A stretch of 64,000 bases of DNA from Anthoceros angustus (GCA_010909165.1 MU008154.1:310001-374000), one strand, 5' to 3'; positions 1-11,174 are shown, counted from the first letter of the stretch. Program-made: numbers and translations. Notes: generated by a model not told the origin, from the letters alone.

Positions 1-1
1 C

Positions 2-1366
2 GGAAAAGCTCTTGTTCAGACTCGGGAATCCTATTATGGGAACCATGTGCATGTCAATCAAGGTAACCTGGAGCCTGTAGTCACAAAGCAACACCTGCTG
101 GAAAAGGATGATCATGGGCATTATGACAGTACTTGGGAACACGTGCACCGTCATCACGGGTCTGAAAAAGGGCGTCCTGACCTTGGCAGTGTTGGTCACG
201 ATGGCCATCACTTGCAAGCTGGGCCAGGCTTATTGCACAATCACTGTACTGCGTGCCATTCGGACCAGGAGCCCAGAGAGCGTTTTTTGTACAAGGAGCA
301 AGAAGGACAACCCCTGTCAAAAATGCTGGTCACAAAGCCAGTTCCGGAAGTCCATGAACAGTTGCATCAAAGGACTGGTGATGCAGACACTGTGAAGATT
401 TTTTCTGAGAATCAGCACTCCGATCATGGACATTGTCCTTCTTTGGACCTGATTGCAAATGGTGATCACCATGCACGGTGCAAGCATACTATGGATCACA
501 ACCATCAACACGGCTGTTCTGTTCCGCAGACACGTCGTCATCCTGGGCACCAACAAGGTGGTGATCCTGGGAGACATAGCCATATTTCTACTGCAGGTCA
601 ATGCTGTAATGCTGAGCTACACGAGAGCCGTGGGCACATTCAGGGTGATCACCACCACCATCACCACCAGGGAAGTGATATTGGCAGACATAGCCAACTT
701 TTGACTACAGACCAATGCATCATTGTCCAGTCAATTTATGATCATGGGCGCCACCATGACAATCATGGCCACCACCATGATGATCATGGCCACCAACATG
801 ATGAGCATGGCCACCATCATGATGATCACGGACACCACCATGTTGGTTGTGACCACCACAAAGACGAACATGACCATTTCAAAGGGGAAGATGACCACCA
901 CCACGATCACCACCAGCACTCTGATTTGAATATGGAAGGCATTTTTTTACATGTCTTGGCCGACACATTAGGAAGTGTTGGTGTCGTTATATCAACTGTG
1001 TTGTTGAAGTACAAGGGTTGGGTGCTAGCCGATGCAGCGTGCTCAATTTTTATCTCGGTAATGATTGTATCCACAGTAGTCCCTCTCCTTAGAAGCTCCT
1101 CAGACATTCTAGTTTTAAGGGTACCTAGGTCTGCGGAACATCGCATTAGGACTGCAATGGAGAAGCTAAGGCACATTCCTGGCTTGCACGACTGTCAGCG
1201 GGTGCATGTTTGGAGTCTGACAGATAAGGAGGTTGTAGGCAGTCTCCATGCACATGCTGGATTTGGAGCAGACAAGTATGAGCTGCGAGGTCAGGTATCC
1301 CAGGTACTGCATGCTAGTGGGATTGGAGATATTACATTTCAAATTGAAGAGGTGGATGGACTGTAA
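2..1366 (+). CDS. MTP12: Metal tolerance protein 12-like (CDF/ZnT5-7 type Zn transporter), 3' part; gene starts upstream of the window
   Basis: Frame is open from base 2. A long His-rich loop is followed by NMEGIFLHVLADTLGSVGVVIS (HxxxD TM-V site), KYKGW and a ZT_dimer-like C-terminus ending FQIEE, as in plant MTP12. Confidence 0.92.
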   Translation, partial: GKALVQTRESYYGNHVHVNQGNLEPVVTKQHLLEKDDHGHYDSTWEHVHRHHGSEKGRPDLGSVGHDGHHLQAGPGLLHNHCTACHSDQEPRERFLYKEQEGQPLSKMLVTKPVPEVHEQLHQRTGDADTVKIFSENQHSDHGHCPSLDLIANGDHHARCKHTMDHNHQHGCSVPQTRRHPGHQQGGDPGRHSHISTAGQCCNAELHESRGHIQGDHHHHHHQGSDIGRHSQLLTTDQCIIVQSIYDHGRHHDNHGHHHDDHGHQHDEHGHHHDDHGHHHVGCDHHKDEHDHFKGEDDHHHDHHQHSDLNMEGIFLHVLADTLGSVGVVISTVLLKYKGWVLADAACSIFISVMIVSTVVPLLRSSSDILVLRVPRSAEHRIRTAMEKLRHIPGLHDCQRVHVWSLTDKEVVGSLHAHAGFGADKYELRGQVSQVLHASGIGDITFQIEEVDGL

Positions 1367-2385
1367 GGAGTATATATGGATTTGGGTTTCCTTACAGCAT
1401 GTTGAGCGATTCTCTAAACTTGTCATGTGCTGGTAAGTTTTGGCTTCCACTGTCAGACTTCCTGTGTCTTTTGGTATGAGTTCATCTTTCTGGAATCCTT
1501 TGCAATTACCCCCGACACCTTCCAGCTTACACACTGCCATGCATAAGACCACGTGTTGCGTTTGAAATCAGTTGCACGACATGGCTCATCTTGTATTCCT
1601 CATATACACATGGCTCCCTGAGTTGAGCAAGCTCAGATGAGATGTGCTGATACTAGAATGGATTGTTGTATGGTTGTGTAGTGGTGCAAGCAACCCGAAG
1701 TGGTGTTCAAGTGATCAACGGTGGTGCGACAGGTTTACAATGGCAAGCATGTTAACCTCATTGCTGTTCAAATCCGAACACAAATTAGAAGTAACCAAAG
1801 CTCGCTGTTTCTCAGCATTGTGGCTCCTCTGTTCAAAAAACGAGGTCATGATGTTTTCTTTAACCTCTGTTTGTATCCCAGGTTACCTCACCATCCTTCC
1901 CAGGTACTGCATGCTAGTGGTAGTTTCTTCACTCGGTGGCAACGTATTGACACCTTTGGGTCACTACTTGCTTTGCCACGTGCTCCCGAAGTAAACGTCT
2001 TCCCAGCAAAGTAGTAGAATGCGGTAGGCGAGAATAGGTTGTGCGATCATGTTTCACCTTGGAGAAATGAAAGATCTTATTGCCAAAAAAGAGAAGAAAT
2101 AGAAGATGTCTACTGATCTTGCCAAAGTAGCTGAATTATTGAATGGACGGGTCTCCCAAATGTTTTTAGTGTCAGGTAACCCCCAATCCCCGTTCCTGTG
2201 CCAATTGTGATTGTGAGCCTGTAGGGAATCGGGCCAGGTACTCTAATTTCCTAGTTTGCCCAAGAAAAGCTAATGTTTCCCGGACCCGAAGTACGATCTC
2301 GGATCTCCGAGTATGAACCTGGCCTCCAGAAGGGTGTTGAGAGTCTGTGTATGGCGAAAACGGTGTACGCCCAGCACAAAGGAGC

Positions 2386-3011
2386 ATGGTAGTAAGAGGA
2401 GCTTCAGGTGGTGCTTTTAGTATCAGGAGTGTCGTGTCTAACAGCAAGGATCTGTTCACTTCACGACTGTTCGGCAACAAGGCGGCTGCTGTGGTGGGGG
2501 CACCTCGGGCTCCATCCAGGTCTGGCCAGAAGGAGTCGGTGAGACAAAGGCGGATTGCTGCGCAGGTGCAGGCGGTTGTTTGTCGGGCTCTGCAGGAGAG
2601 GCCCAAGGGTAACAACCTCGTGCAGCGATGCGGTCTCCAAGTGGAAAACGTTAGCAGCCACATCCTGTTCTTCCGTCACGTCCTTGCCCTAAACCTCAAA
2701 CCTCACGTTTGAAATGTACATGAATTGTATTGCAGGTGGAGATGAGTCCAGACCTTAGGAGAGCGTACGTGCTCTGGAAGTCGAAACCTGGCATGCAGGT
2801 GGCTGCGGAGACTCAGCTGAAATCTATGGGGAAGGGCTTGCGAGCCCTTGTTTTCCGTGAGCTGTGTCTGCCGTTTTCCCCTTCCATCCTGTTTGTGGAA
2901 GATGTTCCCAACCGACGGGCGCAGGAGGTTGAGGCTGTTCTGGACATGCTGAAGGAAAGTGAGGGCTCTCAAGTCCACGACGATGACGACGACTCTGAGC
3001 CTGCGGGCTGA
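2386..3011 (+). CDS. rbfA: Ribosome-binding factor A (RbfA) domain protein, probably organellar (mitochondrial-type); 2 exons (2386-2649, 2736-3011)
   Basis: Spliced product contains RQRRIAAQVQ, VENVEMSPDLRRAYVLW and LPFSPSILFVED, matching RbfA motifs (R..Rv...i; VevSpDL..akv; lr..Pel.F..D). Intron gttagc...ttgcag is phase 0. N-terminus is Arg/Ser/Ala-rich and acid-poor, like a transit peptide. Confidence 0.75.
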
Positions 3012-3429
3012 CAGACGACGATGGCATGGGTCCTATGATGATCACGATCCTTGAAGAGTGCAAGCTTGTTTTGGAGGCTGGGCCTTGATTTTGGATGGAG
3101 CAAAGCTGGGTCTTGATGTTTGGAAGCTTTTTGGTCCATCTCGGTCTACGAAGGTGTTTTTTCAAGAGTTGCAGGTTGCAGAACAACCCCAGCGAGTTGG
3201 ATGGCTGGGATGGGCAGGACAACGACGTGTTCCAAGACTTGATGGGGTCTCCGGGACCAAACTCCAACAAGGTTCTAACGCAAAGTTTCAAAGGGACACA
3301 AATGAATAAAAAGAAACGCTGAAAGGCAGGGAGGGATAGGGATATTGCACAGTTCGGCCTTCGTAAAGGAAGGACAGAGTAAAGGTGAAAGCTGTGATGG
3401 TGGACTCAATCTACATTTGAACATGGACT

Positions 3430-4400
3430 GACGGTTGTACATGGTCCTTGCCCTTTCGACAATCAACGTATCCACGGATACCTTCTCGAACACACAAGCC
3501 TAATGATGCTGTGGCAACACGCTTATCAGATGGTTAGATTTTCAAGCAACTATCTCATGTTTCATCTGCTTGATACGAGCTAGCACGCTGCTCGCAACAT
3601 CTTTGTCGAGCACCAAACCTGCTTTCTCTGCCCAAGTTCACATGACATATTCCACACGAACTCAGGCCAGGGGTAAGGAAGATGACGAGGTACTGTCCGC
3701 ACATGATGGAACAACAGAACTTATCTTGTCAAAAATATTTCCTCGTCCAGAAAGTTAACTCACAACACAGCGCATGTTGTTGCTGCAACGTGAATCCCTC
3801 CTTTGTGTGCGAATGCACTAGGCAGTTCCTGCTGCAACTTCGGCTAGAGTGCCAGCTATCTCCGCTAGTTGTGGGAGTTCATTAGAAAATAGATGTTGCC
3901 CTATCAGCTGTAATGATGCTTTCCTGTTCTCCTGCTGCGTTCTTGCATATAGAGCCAGAGCTTCTTGGGCATTTCCATGGGCCAACATCTCCTTTCTGCA
4001 ATCTGCTCGCTGTTCATCCATCATGTCCACCAGGCCCTTGCCGATGTTCACATCATCCTCAAGTCCACTTTCTTGCATTTGGCGATGAACCTGCGCGCCC
4101 TCATTTAAATGCTCCGAGTTCGACACATGCTTTGAGGAGGCAAGCATATGTCACAGCATCTGCTACTGAGACACCCTGCATGCAGGGCCAGAGCTTCTGG
4201 ACCAAACCACCCATGGTCAACATTTCCAGCACTCATGCAAGTCCATGTCACAGCCGATGTACCGGACAACTATTGAATGATTTTTGAGCATCTTCTAAAC
4301 TCCCACATTTCACAAACATGTCCACGAGACAGGTACCAACAATCATGACCATGTCAAGACCTCTGGCTTGAGTCTGATCGTGAGCTCTGGACGCTTCATG
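3430..4400 (-). pseudogene. Degenerate PLS-class PPR gene fragment
   Basis: Across frameshifts and stops: GTCLVDMFVKCGSLEDAQK, VTWT..DHG..EALAL, ADAVTYACLLKAC..G....GAQVHRQMQESGLEDDVNIGKGLVDM. These are typical P/L/S motif pieces. Confidence 0.85.
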
Positions 4401-4489
4401 TTCGCAGTACAGGAGGTAGGTGCCCCAAGAACCCAACCTACTGGGGCACCTACTTCCTGGACGGCCAACATGACGCGTTGAAAGAGTCG

Positions 4490-4670
4490 AGGACGCGGGA
4501 GCTCCGCTTTCATAGACTATACTTGGGCGAGGACACATGCCAAGGGAGGACAGAACTTGCCAACGCTGCCACTGCAGGAGGTGGACGACGAGCACCATTT
4601 CCTGGGCATTTCTCCTGCCCAGCCATACGGCAGTGTCGACTACAGCATTGCGGACTTGCTCAAGAACCAC
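4490..4670 (+). mobile_element. Non-LTR retrotransposon (LINE) 3' relic: C-terminal zinc knuckle (L2/Crack/RTEX-like)
   Basis: Frameshifted translation gives ILGRGHMPREDRTCQRCH..QEVDDEHHFL..SCPA, the R..PRE.R.C..C...VEDE.HFL..CP motif found after LINE RT domains. Short 29-32-bp tandem units follow (4692-4805). Confidence 0.65.
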
Positions 4671-6805
4671 TTGAACACGGCCCCAAACCTCCTGCTGCTT
4701 TCAATCACCCCATCATAGGGCTGCTGCTTTCAATCACTCCATCATATGGCTTGCTCTCAGTGTCCAACAAGCATCATAGGGCTTGCTCTCAGTGTCCGAC
4801 AAGTCCCCCGTCAAATGCCTGCTCCCCTTGCTCCCTCAGGCCTCAACAGCAGCTACAAATAGTAGCCGGCTGCGCATCCACCCAAAGAGGTTGGCTACCC
4901 GGAGGCCAGCCCGGAAGTCAGGTGGGCGGCAGCACTTCTTGCCACCCACCAGAGCCCCTGGTCTAGGAAAAACAGCCACAAGAGGCCTCCGAGTTCATTG
5001 CAAGGCTGCCCTCGACACTTGGTCGGCAGAATAGTCTCCAAGTCAGTCCATGGGAGCTGTCTCTACAACACCTGTTTACTCCTCCATTTCTCTTGATCGG
5101 ATCCAGAACGCTGGTGTCTCCGCGTGTGTGAGTCTGAGTAAAGTGCAAAGCGCCAGGACATGCAGAGGCCGCTCCCATGTACTCCAAGTGTGGCAGCTTG
5201 GGAGCACGGATGCCAGATGACCTTGTCTTGCACCCTACAGCTGTGCGCCGTCATTTGGAAAAAACATTCAGCTCTAGAAGTAGTAATTGCAGCTACCGCT
5301 CTAACTAAAGCACTGAAGCTAAGGATTGTGTACCAATATGGAATCCCCATATGGGAAATAAGAACCCAGATCTCATCCTAGCTTTGGGCCGTGTCATCAC
5401 ATTCTTCGGTACGGATCAGAGACAAAATCTTTGGAAATATGTACATGCATGCGCCTATGGTGTACCAAATGCGCACCGTGCCGTGTTCTTGTTTTATGGA
5501 TGACATGTGCTCTCTTACGATATATATATCCCTAAGTTTTGTGCGTGCGTTTGCGGCGATTTTATTTTCGAATCTAACTTCAAAAAGCTTGTTCACACCA
5601 TGCCTATGTTGGTTTAGGGTTTTCACATAGGGAGCTATGTGTAAGTACTCGGTGCTCTTGGGCGTTTGCTCCATGGCTGCATTAAGTTCGGGTTCAGAAC
5701 TCCTAGACCACTTGCAACTCTAACAGCGGAGGGTTTCAGAGTTGCTAGGTCGTTTGGAGCTTTGGGTCGGAAGGTCGAGGAAGAAATGCTATATTGTTCA
5801 AAATACACAAAGCCTCGAAACTCCTCGGGGATGGAAGGTCGAGTTGCTAGACCTGTTCACTTGTCCGGCGGAAGAAGAGGAAATGCTACATTGTATGAAA
5901 AGCACAGAGCCTCAAAACTCCTCGAGGATGGAGCTGGACCACCCAAAGAGGGAGAGAGGGGAAACGTGGTTCGAGGAAGCCGTTAGAACGAGGACATGAC
6001 AGACCCGTGTGTTGCAGCAGAAGTCTATCCTTTCTCGGCATCTTCCAATAGATTTCACGTCTTACACCCACCAAGGAAAGTCCACCGCTGGGCAAAATGC
6101 TAGTCGCAGCATTTGGGTTTTGTCCTAGAGGACAATCCTAGTTGCAGCGTTTGGGTTTTGTCCTTGCATTGTGTTGTAGTTATTTTTGCGTTGTCATTAT
6201 GTCAGCGTGTTGACGTGTTTGCTGTTGCAAATGGTGGTGGCTATATATACTAAAGTGACATGTCTTGTCCTCCTTCGAGGGATAAGGCATACAAGGATTA
6301 TCTTGCAAAATGGAGGGTTACTAGTCGGAATGGGTGGCAGTAATGTTGTTATGGCAAAATCTGCAACGGTACCCTAGTGTGTGATGGTCCGTGATCTTGG
6401 TTATCTGTGTTTTTGTGGCCTACACAAGGCTCGATTGTTTGTTCATCAATATGAACATGCCTGACCCAATGAATACGTCATGTGATTCCCGACATTTCAA
6501 GTACCTAGGTGCCCACTATGGATGGTAGACCTCCCACAGAAGCTTGTCCAACCTAGAGCATGACCAAACAAGGTCAACGACGATTCAGCATTCCATGTGC
6601 ATTCCGTGCAAACCCTAACATAGTAAACCCTGATCCTAAGTACAAAAATATTCTTAGACAGTGTCGATTCGGTACACCTGGAAGTGCATTCCAGGAATCG
6701 ATTGACATTCACGCCACTCCCCTCAAGTGGTGACATCTGGACATGAGTTCATGTGAACTCCACAGTGAAGTGTCTTTCGGACAGATAAGTGCTTGGATGA
6801 GGTGT

Positions 6806-6960
6806 CTGTTATAAACATCATGCCCTCGTCTCCGCAATGTGCAAGGCCACTAGTTTTTACTTTGTTGTAAACATCATACCCTTGTTTCTGCAGTGTGCGG
6901 CGCCACTAAATGTTAATGTGTTGTAAACATCATGCCCTCGTCTCCGCAGTGTGCAAGGCC
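6806..6960. repeat. 56-bp minisatellite, ~2.8 copies
   Basis: taaacatcat(g/a)ccct... recurs at 6812, 6868 and 6924 (period 56). Confidence 0.9.
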
Positions 6961-6970
6961 TGATCTCGGC

Positions 6971-8400
6971 TCAAGGTAAGTTAACCTGTGGACCCAAAGC
7001 AGGACTTCTGATTTTGGAATTCATCCAAAACGCTCGCAGCTTCACCAGCCAATTTCCGTGAATTGTACCAACCTCCGATCTCATCCACGGTTGGCTCCCT
7101 CCCAAACATTCCTCGAACCTATCCGAAAACCACGCTGCCCCCCATGGCCAAAGCATGCGTAGGTATTGCTACCCGTATCCTTCACCCTCTTCATGGCAGC
7201 TACTTTTTGCTGGCTAGAGGCTACAACACCATCTATCTTCTCCTTCTCCTCTCTCAAAAACACCGCCCAGTACTCCAGTTTTATACTCTTCGGAACATAG
7301 CCAGGGTTTTTCTTCTTGCCCTCCAGAAACTTTCGGGCCTCCTTCCTCACATTGTTCCGCCAATGCTTCAGATTAGTGCCAAAAAACTGCATCACAATAG
7401 CTTCAAATGACCAAGGACTTGAAATAGTTTGCCTCATGCATTGTTCAACATGAACCACAGTGGCTTCAGTTTGATTCCAAAAAACACTAATGAGAGGATT
7501 GCAGAGCCACCGGATGGTGTAATGCACCCTATCCTTCAAAGGCAAAAAGCTGGGGGAGTCCAGGTAGATGAATCTTGCACATCAGCACCAGCATAGTGTA
7601 AGGAATGGTTAGTCCTGAATTGCCTAAAACCCAAACATGAACTATCCAGGCCTGAATGGCCTGGAAAATACAAAGCTTAGAGGGCTGAAAAATACAGGCT
7701 TGAATGGCCTGAAAACAAGGGTATCTGAAAATCCAGGCTTGAAAGGCACGATATCAGCCGAACGATAATCGAGGTAAGTCTCCTTGAAAGCAGAAAGCTC
7801 ACTACAGCAAAACTCACCTCCTGGATGGAGGTGTTTGGGGAGCACTGCGTGTTCCACATCGGTCTTCCTTTTCCGCTTAGGACCTCTTGGGCCTTTCTTA
7901 TCGATGACACGGCATTCTTCTGGTATACACGGTTCATAGTCCTCATTCACTGCAGCAGTAGGAAGATGTTCACAGTCATCAACACCATCTTGAATGGCAC
8001 CATCTGCAGCCCGCGCCGCATTCGGTACCACAAAAACAAAGGGGTTAGCACTAGGCGCATCCGGCTGCTGCTTCTCCCCAACATTTGCCTCAATATAATC
8101 ATATTCCTGTTCACAACGCTCCAAACGGGCAGTTGCAGGCTCATGATCTGCAAGGGCTTGAGGCAAGGGTGTCCGATTGGCCAGAGTGGGGATTGAGCTC
8201 ACATGATCATCATTGACCTGCAGGTTGGGCACATTCTTCACGTGCTGGACAAATGTAGTCCACACAGATGTCCTCTTCTGACTATCAGGCACACTCATGA
8301 AGTCATCAGGTTGCATCCCATTACCGTTAGAAACCTGCGTTGTAGCTGCCTGATCTCCCCCTTCAACCGCCAGAGCATCATGGTTAGCCGCCAAAGTCAC
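6971..8400 (-). mobile_element. Degenerate CACTA (En/Spm) TnpA-like (Transposase_24-like) coding relic
   Basis: ORF 7081-7545 has WRNNVRK...YW..F...S....RVK...FGHGG and, after a frameshift, FEECLGGSQP. This loosely resembles the W..F...S..N..R....H..G...E..GR.P pattern of Ptta/En/Spm TnpA. An upstream low-complexity ORF (7642-8400) and short subrepeats at 7645-7745 lie alongside. TIRs were not identified. Confidence 0.35.
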
Positions 8401-9237
8401 CTCGCCTTATCTCGACAGTTCTGCAGCATTTGTTGCGTACAGTCCATTTGACACCTTGTTGCTCACATCCGCCGCGCAAAACCCTAGGCCAGAACCTCCC
8501 AAACATCGTCCGTAACGACCGATTACTCACAAGGACGGGGCGGACGATGCAAGCCGAGGCGGGCGAGGTAAGAGCTTGCGGGATGGTCTGGGGATGGCGG
8601 GCGGCAATCGCAGGGCAGCAATCTCAGTGCCCTGAGGCCGACGCCAGTGCCGCTAGCGTTAGGGCATTAGAGGCCATCGAGTGTGAGGACTCTGACGAGG
8701 ATCCGGAGGCCCGCTTCTACAAGGAGCAATGCAGAACTTATTTGGATGGATTATCAGATGACGAGGATGTGAAGAGGATGTGCCTCACGGCTCCCGCAAC
8801 AATAGCCGTGAGTTCCTCGGGATCAGAAGGTGTGGATAGGCGACCAATCTTTGAGGAGAAGGTCCTGTGTGCGGATAAGGAATCCGGCGAGGGTCGGCCG
8901 ATGTCATCCGATAGCGAAATCGACGAGGAAGGGCGTCGGCGTGTGAAGGTGAAGGTCAACGCCATGGCCCGTGCTCCAGTTGTGCACCCTTCTCCTCCTC
9001 AGGCCTTGTAGAGGCGTCTGCCTTCTGTGCCTGTGTCTGGGACTTCCTCACCCGCGTCCACTTATCTCTAAGGGCTTGAGCGCCTGGCCCCAAAATCGAC
9101 GTGGCCACCTCCATATTCTTGTTCTTCACAGACAGCGTTGGGTGTGAAGCAATTCTTCCTAGCACGGCAGCATCGACTGCTGCATCTCCCGCGCACAAAG
9201 CCGCCGTTGCCAAGCGCCTGGTCTCCATATCCTTCTC

Positions 9238-10357
9238 GGCATGGAGCTCCACCTTCTGAGATTTTGGCATCTACATAACCTCCCATTGCTGGCTGTGAAA
9301 AACAAGAGCATGCAGAGGACGACACGCAAATAGCCGCAAACTGTTGTTGCTACCCAATGCCTGAAAAAAACGGACTTACCCTTACGATACAATTATCTCT
9401 CACCACGCTGTCTGAGGTGTGTTTCCTGCAGATTGGACTTCCGGTGGATTGCTAAGTGAGATGACAAGCGCGGTTACTACGAGACGAAGGGTTTTCTATA
9501 CACTTGAATAGCGTCTCTCCCTTGACCGCGGTGTGCAACATCGCCGGGAAATGACTCATAGTCAGGATAAGATATCTTAGTGTTCAAACAAGTACGAACA
9601 CCTCTTGTCACCAAAGTGCGGAGCCGTTCATGAAGTCCCGAAGTTGTAAGGCCGCCTAGGGATGATATGAGCAGACGACAAAGGGCAAGGTGCAAGTCCA
9701 CCAACGCCGAGTGTCTACTTGCGTGAAGGTCTTGTAAAGGCATCATAGTCCTCATGTGAGAAGGGTCTCGATGCGGTAAGGTGTTGAGGATCTTCTGTGG
9801 CATGGAGCTCCACCTTCCGAGATTTTGGCATCTACATAACCTCCATTCTGGCTGTGAAAAACAAGAGCATGCAGAGGACGACATAAATAGCCATGTTGTT
9901 GCTACCCAATGCAAAAACGGACTTACCCGATACAATTATCTCTCACCACTTCGAGGTGTGTTTCCTGCTGATTGGACTTCCAGTGGATTGCTAAGTGAGA
10001 TGACAAGCGCGGTTACTACGAGACGAAGGGTTTTCTATACACTTGAATAGCGTCTCTCCCTTGACCGCGGTGTGCAACATCGCCGGGAAATGACTCATAG
10101 TCAGGATAAGATATCTTAGTGTTCAAACAAGTACAGTAACACCTCTTCCGTCACCAAAGTGCGGAGCCGTTCATGAAGTCCCCGCTGAAGTTGTAAGGCC
10201 GCCCTAGGGATGATATGAACAGGACGACAAAGGGCAAGGAATTGCAAGTCCACCAACGCCGGCCGAGTGTCTACCTGTTGCGTGAAGGTCTTGTAAAAGG
10301 CATCATAGTCCTCATGTGAGAAGGGTCTCTGATGCAGTAAGGTGTTGAGGATCTTCT
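9238..10357. repeat. Tandem duplication of a ~560-bp unit (2 copies)
   Basis: ggcatggagctccacctt... occurs at 9238 and 9799. The segment 9510-9797 recurs at 10050-10357 with several small indels. Confidence 0.92.
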
Positions 10358-11174
10358 GCTGGCAGCTGGAGTGGTGGAATTCTTCGCCTGCAATGATTGC
10401 AAAGAATGCCCACCAGCCGTTGGAACGATGTAACCAATTGGGTTTGGGGTCCAATCCACTAGTTGTTAGTGCGCTGTGGGGTTACTCTAGACCCTAAACC
10501 TACTAGCCAGATCTGCCAGTTCTTAGTGCTTTGCGGGGTTACTCTAGACCCCGGACCTATGGGCCAAATCCCCGGTTGTTGGTGCCCCCACGAGGTTACT
10601 CCAAATTAAAATCTGAGTATATATTTTAAAAAATATATATATAATCTTCAAATTCACTAAACATATGTACCACTCGACGAGAACGTATGTTGAAAGATTT
10701 TCTAAAGCCCGCATTAGACACACTATGTTTCTGAAGTGCATATTCGGTACACCATAATATATGTATCCGAAAGTGCGCATTAGGTACACCATAATATATC
10801 GTTCCGAAGTGCGCATACATAGTATATCACGTCGGAACGGGCAAAGTGTTGCAACAGGAGAAAACGTCGGAAATCGAACGACCGGAACTGCAATTCTCGT
10901 GGCCACGGCGCCCTTTGAGGGATACAAACGGTTGATGGCGGTGTGGGCCATGACGGCGCACTAAGAAGACGTCTCACTGGTCCAAGTCACGTTTTTTCAA
11001 TGGCTTGGTTGAGACTGGCCCATCGTAGTCGTTGGAAAACTTGAATCACGGGACTGTGGAATACTTTAACGCAATATATACGTCACAGCTCTGGGCATCT
11101 CATGCATACCGACGCAAGCCTCGAATCCTCGGTGCCGCTGTCCTGCCTGATTGAGCACTCCGGAGGTGCCGAGG

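Noticed and set aside
5777-5935. ~96-bp-offset diverged duplication within ORFs 5666-5999
   Set aside because: The duplication is real but short and diverged, with no assignable product.
6806-6960. CRISPR-like repeat-spacer array
   Set aside because: Eukaryotic context, only 3 degenerate units, linkers of ~15 bp that are too short, and no cas genes. It is a minisatellite.
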